From Craspedostauros australis (Eukaryota): a DNA stretch of 64,000 bases. Positions 55,217 through 64,000 of the stretch are shown here, piece by piece. The stretch lies in assembly GCA_030167865.1 (NCBI GenBank), contig JALAGF010004012.1, positions 1-64,000 on the forward strand, in the 5' to 3' direction. The notes beneath the pieces were generated by a model. That model was given only the letters and a program-made list of their open reading frames with translations, ran no database searches and was not told the DNA's origin. A program made the position numbers and the translations under genes. How positions within the stretch are numbered: the stretch's first letter is position 1; every line of letters starts with the position of its first letter.

Positions 55217-56614
55217 TCAAAATGGCCAAGCGCAGGCGCTGCCATCATCACTGGTCTGTGGGACATTGGCAACGTCCAGCTCCCACCCATTCACATGCTC
55301 CCTCAAGAACAGATCGATGTCTGGGATGAACGAACTCGAATCCGATGGCATTACGTCCGATATCTCATGCCCCGCGTCTCCTATGATGACAGTTTTCGTC
55401 ATCCATCTCATGACATTGCGCGTGCACTCCAGCGGTACATTCTTGTCACGTGATGCCAATATGAGGAGGGTAGGGATCTTTGTCGATGGTCCTGTTTCTC
55501 TTGTCGCTTCATCATCGCTCGTGTTGACATCGCTGCTGCTATCATTCTTCCAGCACTCTGCCAAGTCTTGCCCAGCTATCTCCATCACCTCATTTGTTTC
55601 CCAGTACTGCATCTGGGTATCCAGAATGTATTGTGCAGTCTGCGGTGGATGTCGCAGACCGTCGTATATGTCTTTCCTATCCGATGCCCCGGGGGAACCT
55701 GCTATGCAATGCTGCAAATACACAGCACGAGATTGGGGATGCGAGACGGGACACAACGGGATGCAAAAGTCAATCCCATGCCCTGGCTTTGGTTTGGCGC
55801 CTGCATCAGCATCTGCATCTGTACATGCCAACTGTCGCATGACTTCCAACGCGAAGTAGCCGCCGCTGCTGCTGCCCATAACGCCAAATGGTACGCTGGC
55901 AGTAGTCGACAGCGTTTGACTGAACGCGGCCAAGGATTTGAGATCTTGCAGTGTCTTTCCAGTCTCGTGCGTCGTTACCGAACCGTCCCGGAAGGTTGCC
56001 GTGACCACGGTCATTCGCAGCTGTTTCACCAATGCTCGGGTGATGGTCTCGTGGCTGTCGTAATCGCCCTGGCTGAACATCCAGCCATGGATGAAGAACA
56101 CGACAGCAGATGCTTGCGTTGGCTTCGTTGTGCGGACGTCGAGCGGTGACCATATCTTGATCGGAATGCCGTGTCCATCCTCCTGACTTTCGACTGTCGA
56201 CATCTCTGTATGCACGGATGTGGTCAATGCTATCCGCTGGAATGACTCGGTTGGTCGTCTGCTACCTCCATCGCTCTGTTGCGTGTCGCTACATCTGCTT
56301 CCCGATGCTCCCATGCTGTCTGCGTGACACCGACCAACTGATGAAGCAAGCTGGTGATGATGACCAAGTCTGTGGCCGTAGCTTTGGCCGTGGCTGTGGC
56401 AGTGGTAGTTGTTGTTGTTGTTGTAGCTGCGCCCGAACCTACGTCCGCAATAATATGGCTGCGACGTGGAAGACCGAGCACGCACGAGCAGCACCGACGA
56501 ATCTGTGATAAATGAGGCTCTGGCAGTGCTCTGCGATTTAAACGCAATGAGCGCAAACGAGGAAAGCAGCACTGACCAATGACGCTTCAGCCGTCTTTGC
56601 AACCGATTCACCAT
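55217..56614 (-). CDS. Alpha/beta hydrolase (HSL-like esterase) with N-terminal targeting-like leader
   Basis: VFFIHGWMF oxyanion motif, GSSSGG nucleophile elbow, PTLLILASRDKNVP (Asp), AGHEI (His). Start uncertain. Confidence 0.82.
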   Translation of the reverse strand: MVNRLQRRLKRHWSVLLSSFALIAFKSQSTARASFITDSSVLLVRARSSTSQPYYCGRRFGRSYNNNNNYHCHSHGQSYGHRLGHHHQLASSVGRCHADSMGASGSRCSDTQQSDGGSRRPTESFQRIALTTSVHTEMSTVESQEDGHGIPIKIWSPLDVRTTKPTQASAVVFFIHGWMFSQGDYDSHETITRALVKQLRMTVVTATFRDGSVTTHETGKTLQDLKSLAAFSQTLSTTASVPFGVMGSSSGGYFALEVMRQLACTDADADAGAKPKPGHGIDFCIPLCPVSHPQSRAVYLQHCIAGSPGASDRKDIYDGLRHPPQTAQYILDTQMQYWETNEVMEIAGQDLAECWKNDSSSDVNTSDDEATRETGPSTKIPTLLILASRDKNVPLECTRNVMRWMTKTVIIGDAGHEISDVMPSDSSSFIPDIDLFLREHVNGWELDVANVPQTSDDGSACAWPF

Positions 56615-57259
56615 CAGCGTCAACACCTGCAGCAGTGCGACCCTCGTATGGTACCATACGATAGAATAGGGTTGGTAGAGTCTGATACATGTAGACGTCT
56701 CGTGGGTGTTGTGGGCACCTCCTCGTTGATGTCCTGTGGTGGGTGTGATCATCATCGCCGCCACCCCCTTCTCTGCCAGTGTTGGGCAACATCCGAACGA
56801 GAGTGTTCGCATTCTCGTGATTGCTCGTGACCCACGTTGCAACCAGTCATGAGTTGGTGTCAAATACAAGAGAACATGTTGAAGACAAGCTATCTGATCG
56901 CAACTAGAAATGTTAACAACTCCATTGGAGCGCCAACCAGAGTTTCAGCCATCCGCCCGCAAAAGTAGAGTCCTCACGCTCTCAGGATTGTGCTGGTACC
57001 CTTGGTTGAATACGACTAATCCTCGTTTGGGGCAGGATGTTTTGTGTAGTTGGTATGGGTATGGTACGATTATTTGTTTGCTAATGTTCTACACGTATTA
57101 TGCGATCTTCGTTCTACGGTTTCATTCCATTGATGCGTTTACGGTGAGCAGTACTGACATCGAAGGTGCTCGAATTTACGAGGGATGGATGTGATGAGCT
57201 GAGACCTTGAGAATGACATTGGGCGATGCAGGCTTGGACTGGTGTTGTGTTGCCTTTCT

Positions 57260-60200
57260 TCAGACAATGCCACCGTTGTCGCCCACGCCATCCTTGCTTT
57301 GGGCCTGCTCCTCCTCCTCTTCTGCGAGGTCATCGGAGAATTCGATTTCGATCATTTGTTCGCCGCATTGGTCGTGCTGTTCCTTCTTTGGCGTGTCGGT
57401 GGCAGCATCATCGCGCTGGGCATCGTGATCGGTGCCACTGGGACTGGAAAGCGATCGCTCGAAGGTGACCCTTGGGCTCCTGACGTTGCCGCCCTTCTTT
57501 TTCATGTGGCCGGTGGCGCCAGTGATGGGCGTGCTGCTTTCGATCGATTGGGACCTGCGGAACATGGCCTTGGGCTTGCCAGGCGATGCGAGAAGTCGCT
57601 TCGAATCTCCATGATCCGATCCCATCGAGGTTGACTTGAGGTATGCGCGACGGTGGCCGCTCGAGGGTGACATTCCAGCGGATGACGATCTGTAGTTGCT
57701 CGCCTTGGGAAGCGGTTCTATGTGACCGAACACGGAGCCGCGTCTGGATGGTTTGTCATGATGGACGACCTCCAGGTAATCTCGGAGCTCCTCACTGTCA
57801 TCGTTTCCGAAATGCGGAAGGCTCTCCTTGAGCTGGCTCTTGCCGCAAATGCGGCAGATGGTCTGTGCCCACTGGAAGGCGATGTTCTTGGTGAGGTGAC
57901 CCTGCTTCTCGTTCTCCTCCACCATGCGGTCCAGATGATGCTCGACGTCTTCGAGGTCGGTGTAGAAACGGAGCAACAGCGTGCCCTGTTCTGACACGAG
58001 CTTGAGCCGATCCTCCTTGATCTTGTGCCAGCGGAGATGGCGTGGCATGCTTGGGGTGACGTCCACTGGTTGCAAGGCAGAAGCAAGAACTTCGTCGACA
58101 TCCTTCTGGGAAGCATCGCTGTTGATGTTTTTGTTGTTGGCTGTCTTCTCCCAGAACTCGACGCGAGGTTCTGCACCCATGAAGTCGAAGTCGAAATGTT
58201 CGCTGAGGTCGGAGATATCATCGATTGGCATGTCGCGTTCGACATGCACCTCGCTGATTTCGGAGAGGTTCATGTGACCGACGATCTTTCGCCCCCTGGT
58301 GATGTCGCAAAGACGCAGGCCCTTGCCTCCCTTGGTGGCCTGGAGTGCCTGCAGGGCAGCATCCATGTTGTTGGACATCGCCTGGTCGTCACTGACCTCG
58401 AGGTAGACGATTTCGAACTGAGTCATGATGACATCAACCGGCACCCATGTGTCCAGAAGCGGCAGCAAACGGCGGTCACAACGGCGCATGGATCGGACAA
58501 TTCGTGCGCTGGGTGCGACGTAGGTGGAGAATTCATCCTCCCCTGCAGCTTCGTATGCCAGGCGCTCCAAGTCAACCTCGAACTCCAAAGGCTTCACGAT
58601 TCGGGGCATGCCATCGGCGTGCTTGGGCGGTGTGGGGTCGAGGAGTGACACAGTGCCAACGCATGACTTCACTGGCTTTCCGAGCTTTCCGGCGATGATG
58701 ATGCCCTGGGACTCGACAGGCAGCTGCGCGTAGCGGGAGCCGATGAGTTTGAGGCGTTGCGCCGGTGCCGCGGAAGCGGCTGCTGCTCCCGAGCCTGCGT
58801 TTTTGGCAGCACCAGTGCCGTCCAGGTTGCTGATCAGGTGCGGCTGTTCGTCACCCTTCGATGGTCTGTTGTCTTCGCTGCCACGGCCTGAAATGTCGTT
58901 GAGGATTGGACCGCTGCTCAACTTTGGATCCTCCAGCTCCAAACCAAGCATCGCTCGGAACAGCTCTCCGCTGAACTCGCCATGCTTGGCGACGATGTCT
59001 GGGTACTTCATGACGGCCTTGTGCCAAAGCTCCAAGGCGCTGCCGCGCTCCTCGGTCATCGCTGTGCGCTCAGAGTCTGCGCCCAGGAGAAGTTCGCGGA
59101 AGGGCGACCTCTCCGTCTTGACGTGGTTGAGACTGTTCGAGATGTGCGCGCCATTCTTGGTTTCGCTGTCCTCGACGGATGTATCCTCCTGTCTCTGCTC
59201 GCCGGAGTTGGTCCAATCGACGATCAACCGTGCGATCATGAATCGGAAGACGCGCAGGGCGATCAGGCCAGTGTACGGTTCGATGTGGCCGAGGCCACCG
59301 TAGGTGCGGACTCCCCATGCCCGGCACACACAGAGGTAGATTGGATCGTAAAGGTTGTGCAGGTACGGATCGTAGTCGTCGTCGCCCTTGTCGTAATCCC
59401 CTGCCAGTCTTCTGTAGGATGGATCGCCCTCCAGGTACGAGCTGGGGGTGGTCTCTGCTTTGTCGCTGCCCGATTCGTAGCCAGATGCGCCGTTGTAGCT
59501 GCTGTCGCCGCCCTCGCAGCACCGCTCAGACTCTGCGTAAACCAGGATAGCCAAGCATGTGGAGGACAAGATCAAATCGATTGCGGCTGCGATCACTGCT
59601 ATGCGCTCGCTCTTCGGGCTCGTCGTCTTGAACCGCATCAACCCAAGGACGATGAGAGATGCGATGATGAAGAAGATGTACCACACTGATTCCCACCAGA
59701 AGCTGACGCCGATCCTGAGCTCCCACGTCTGGTCACTGTTATCCAGGATCTTCTCCAGGGCCAGGAACGATTCGATGCGATTACCGATGAGGTAGTACAC
59801 GACGACGCTGCCGAAGACGTGGCTGATCGTGGCGTAGCGCTTGCCCATGAAGTAACGACGCAGGCGCATTCGGATGAGCGCTGGAGACAGCTGGGACATG
59901 AGGTCCGACATTTTGTCGCGCCACGTGCGCTGCACGTATTCGAACCGAACATTGGGCACGTCGGAGGCGGTCGAAGAGACGACCATGTCCACATCCACGT
60001 CGACCTCGGACAATTCGCCGACGGACTTGCCCGAATCCATAGAGGCTCTTTCATCGGAGGCATTGTCGTCCACATCGTCGTTTTTGCCGATGGTATTGTT
60101 GGCGGCCTTGTCAATGTTGGCATTGTTCTGCTTCTTGCCACTTCCGACTGGAACCATGTCAACGATGCGTTCATTTGCGTCATTGTCAGCATTGTTGCTG

Positions 60201-63084
60201 TTGATCCCGCTTCTATCTGTGACATCATCGTTGCCCTCCAGATCGGCATTTGCATCGTGCATGGGGTCATCCTCGTGGTCGGAGTGGTGTTCCTCTTGCA
60301 ACGGTCCGAGTCCACCCGGCAAGCCAGTATCCTGGACGGAATGATCCCGCCAGGACTGGATGATAGCAGACGCGGACACAGCCTTGTGACGGCTTGCACG
60401 GCGCGCTGCCTTGCGGTCGGCCCGTGTTGCAGGTCGTGTACCTCTCGCACCATGTACAGCAGCGATAGCAGCGGGCGTGTCACTTGCGCCAGCCTTGTTC
60501 AAACGGTCCAACGCGGAATCATCGAACGCTCTGTTGCCCATGTCCGCGCGATCCAAATGCGAGGCCTTGGTTCGCGGTGCAGATCCGAAGAAGTTGTCGT
60601 CGTTGTGCTCGTCGACACTTCCGAGGCCATTGGCCGTCCGGCCATTGTCAGAATCGAAGGAGCTGCTATTGGTGCTGGCCGTTCTGGATTGCAGGAAGCT
60701 TGGCGTTCCCATGGTTCGCATCATGGCAACACCATCCGACACAGTCTTGCGGTTGCGACGACGCGCCCGCGCTCGTTCCTGACGCGTTTGCAAGATGTTC
60801 CGCTCTTCTTCCGGCAAGCGTGATCGAAGCGCATCGGTGTCCGTCTTGACAAGTTTTGCCAGGAGCTGGGTCTTGTCGGACTCATCCTGCATCTGCTGCA
60901 TCTGGAATATGGCGCCGGTCTTGCGATCCGCGCTGAGTGACTTCGTCAAGGGCCTCGCTCTCTGCGCACGGCTTCCAAAGCTCGCGCGCGTTTCTATGGT
61001 CATGTCGTCTTGGTAACCGCCGGCGGCGCTGTTGGTGCCTGCGACGGTGTTCTCCGCTGCTGCGTTGGTGCTGCTGCAGAACATGACACCGCCGCGCCCA
61101 TCCTGCAACATGAGCTCTCCTTCCTGCTGCTGCAAGATGGCGCGCAGCAACTTCTTTCGCTGCTGTTCACGCTGCGCCTTTGCGAGCTCGTGCTGCGCCA
61201 ATGTTTGCTGCAGGTGCTTGGTTCGGATGAGATGTCCCATGCTGGTGCAGAGGGTGTACTGCGGGATGACCTTGCCCATGATGAAGCAGAAGACAGCGTA
61301 GCAGGACAGGACGGAGATGAGGAAGTAGTACCACTCGATGGCTGCCTCCTTGGCGAGGTTCTGCCAGTAGATGAGGAGGAAGGCCAGGCAGATGGCGTAG
61401 CCGAACTGCATGACCTGGATGAGCGCGATGACGAGGTGCGGGTCACCTTGCCAGAACAGGTCGCGCTGCTGCTGCTTGTGGTATTGCTCCTCCTCTTCTC
61501 TCATGGACATACCGGGACGTTTCCAGTTGCTGTATTGATGCGTATTGTTTATGGAGGTGAAAGATATGAGCGTGGAGGTGAAGCAATACATGTGAGCTGT
61601 GTCGTGTCGTACTGCGAGGAAAGAGAATATGGAGTGCAATGCGCAGAGCAACTTACATGATGACAGAGAAGATGGATTTCATCTTGTTGTAGACGATGAG
61701 GGAGATGATGATGAAGCCGACGAGCGCCGCGAAGAAGACCGTCTTCATGACGATGCCGATCATCTCTGGATCCTCCGACTCGTAGACGACCATTCCGAGG
61801 ATGTAGTACATGAGGTTGAGGGCGCCGATGAGAAGGAGCCACGCCACGGTGGAGATGTGGACGAGCTTGATGAGGACGGTGGACTCCGCCTTCTTGAGGT
61901 AGTCTGAGACCTTGAGTGTGAGGGGCAGACCGTTGGATTCCAGAAAGTGGATGCGTAGCTGGTGGAATCGCACCTGAATGAGGAGCTGGTTGTACTTGGC
62001 GACCTCCATGGGATAACGGATGTTCATCCAGACGTTTCGCAATGCCTCGCGTATGCCGGAGCATGTGTAGTCAAAGGCGGTGAAGTACTTGCGGTTGTTC
62101 TCCACCATGTTGCGCCTTGTGGTGGTCATGCGCTTGATGTCGCTGTCCGTGGATGCATCGTCGGCGGGGTAGAGGCGGCTGTGCAAGCGTTCGAACTCCT
62201 CGCGGATCTCCACGTAGTGATCAATCTCCAAGGACTCCGTCTGCACCCAAAGCTTGTTGGAGACGCGCCACGACGCGAATGCGAGAAAGACGGACTGGAA
62301 GGCGTTGAAGATGGCGGTGTAGAAGAGGGTGAAGTGAACATCGGCAAAGACGAGCTCTCGTGGGACGTTGAGGTCCTTGTAGTACTTGACGAGGAGGAAG
62401 ATGATGAGTTCCACGATCCCCAGCGTGGACACTGTTGTGTGCGCGTGTGAAGAAGGGGAATGTAGCAGGGTAGAGTAGAGTATGGTGGTGATGCATATGC
62501 AGAGCGATGGTGAGAGGTGGCATAAGGAATGAGGAATGGGTGGGTAGAGAATGCTCCAGCATTGTATGATGGTGATAGAGTAGGAAGAGTGAAGAATGAC
62601 AGACCACGCATCGCACACAAAGCATGGCATGAAGATGGTACTTACGTTCCTCCTTGACACCATCCAGGACGGAATGAAAGAAGGGACGGCCCTTGGCGGC
62701 AACGTCGAGATGATGCTTGACGATCTCCGCAATGATGAGAAGACCGAGCGTGATGATGCCGACGGCCAGGATGGAATAGTCGAGAGGTCTGCGGTACTCC
62801 GGACCTGCCAGCTGACGTTGCGCGTGGTAGTCCTCATGGGTTTGATCGTACTGCGCAAAGAAGTTGACCTCCTCATGAGCACCCTGCGGATACTGGTATT
62901 GATTGTAGTCATTGTATTGATTGTATTGATTGTGTCCATGGTGGTAGTGGTGGTGATGATGGTGGTGGTCCGTTGACACGAATGATGCAGAGAAGATGGA
63001 GGAGAAGAAGGAAAGGATGCTCCAGTCGCCGCTGCCGTTGCTGTCGTTGGAGGAGAAGTACTCGTATCTCGCTCCGGATTCCAT
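57260..63084 (-). CDS. MLO-family 7-TM protein fused to a voltage-sensor-like 4-TM domain and PH-like domain (exons 63084-62646, 62431-61657, 61529-57260; ~1827 aa)
   Basis: GTAAGT...CAG introns at 62645-62432 and 61656-61530 keep frame. MLO-like motifs KEELSTLGIVELII, VHFTLF, LRIHF, DYLKK, DLFWQGDPHLV, IPQYTLCTSMG; second TM bundle ending IALRVFRFMIARL. Confidence 0.82.
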
Positions 63085-64000
63085 CTTGCCTGTCTCTGTC
63101 TGTGTTGTGTGTGTTGTGTGTGGTGTTGTGTTTGGCGTGTTGTGTCGTTTGTTAAGACTGCGCTTTGCCGAAAGGAAGGAAGGAGGGAGAAGAATGAGAT
63201 GAGATAGACCCAATGGAATTGAATGGAATTGGTTGCAGAACAAGAGAGTTGCAGATTGTGAGAGATGGTGAAGGGAGATGCAGATGATGAAAGCGCAATC
63301 GCAGTTGCAGACGCAGTTGATGGTCCAGAAGCAGAAGAAAGTGACGTCCGAGAATACTTGGATGAATGGGCAGATGAATGGACGAAAGGATCGCAGCTTG
63401 GCGGTATTCAATGTGGAGCAATCCAGATACAGGCCAGCTCAACTCAGCTCAGCTCAGCCTGGCTCGGTGCAATGTGCGAAAGAGAAAGGCCACTCACTCT
63501 GTGTCTCTCTGTTGGCTGCGGCCGTAGATGCGGCTGTAGCTGCTTCCACGAGTATTGGCTGACGTATATAATATGTATCTGTATCTGTGTTTGTACACGT
63601 CAACAACCAACAGGGCAGCCACCAAGTCGACGATCGGCAGTCGGAAGCTCGGTCAGAAGCCTGCGTTTGGGAGATGGGATGTGTTGCTATGTGTGCTTGT
63701 TTGTGTGCTTGCGTGTGCCGTTGTGGATGCGATGATGTGCGGGATTATGTGCCGCTTGTCCTCCTTCTGGTGCCTGTTCTCTGAGTAGGTACGAGTACTC
63801 GTGGGTAGGCGTGCCTCCTTCCTGCTGGGCACCTCCTCGACACCTTCTGAACGGCTTCTGAACAGCTTCTGCTTGGTGACGTCTTGACTTCTTCTTGTTG
63901 ACTTGTTGCTGTCGCCGTTGCGAATCTTCCTGAATTTGAGTCAAAGTGGGATCAAGTCGAATCAAGTTGGAATCAAAGTGGAATGGAGGGCGGGGGGACT

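Overview
Eukaryotic nuclear DNA, most likely from a pennate diatom. This is an inference from the compact gene spacing, short GT-AG introns of 70-263 nt, diatom-type TM-LRR protein, SLC34, RXL motifs and possible bipartite plastid leaders. About 19 protein-coding genes are supportable: a TM-LRR protein (5'-truncated), three paralogous claudin/LHFPL-like 4-TM proteins, a 2H phosphoesterase, an SLC34 Na+/Pi cotransporter with a cluster of PSR-type GAATCT motifs upstream, a TKL-like kinase, a small Cys-rich protein, a cytochrome-b5-type chitin synthase, the PP2A scaffold A subunit, a bacterial-type stand-alone BioA, a multi-CxxC protein, two paralogous secreted 4-Cys proteins, a DEAD-box helicase, a multi-IQ protein and an alpha/beta hydrolase. 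Two observations stand out. (1) A PARP-like ADP-ribosyltransferase (ART) domain is fused to a Deltex RING-DTC E3 module, and a nearby paralog carries a degenerate ART domain plus a MIU-like ubiquitin-binding motif; together these suggest a compact ADP-ribose/ubiquitin system. (2) A ~1827-aa MLO-family membrane protein is fused to a voltage-sensor-like 4-TM domain and a PH-like domain. Degenerate DNA-transposon relics (piggyBac-like, possibly hAT-like) lie in intergenic gaps. No rRNA, tRNA or CRISPR array was seen. All family calls come from motif recognition by eye; no database search was run.
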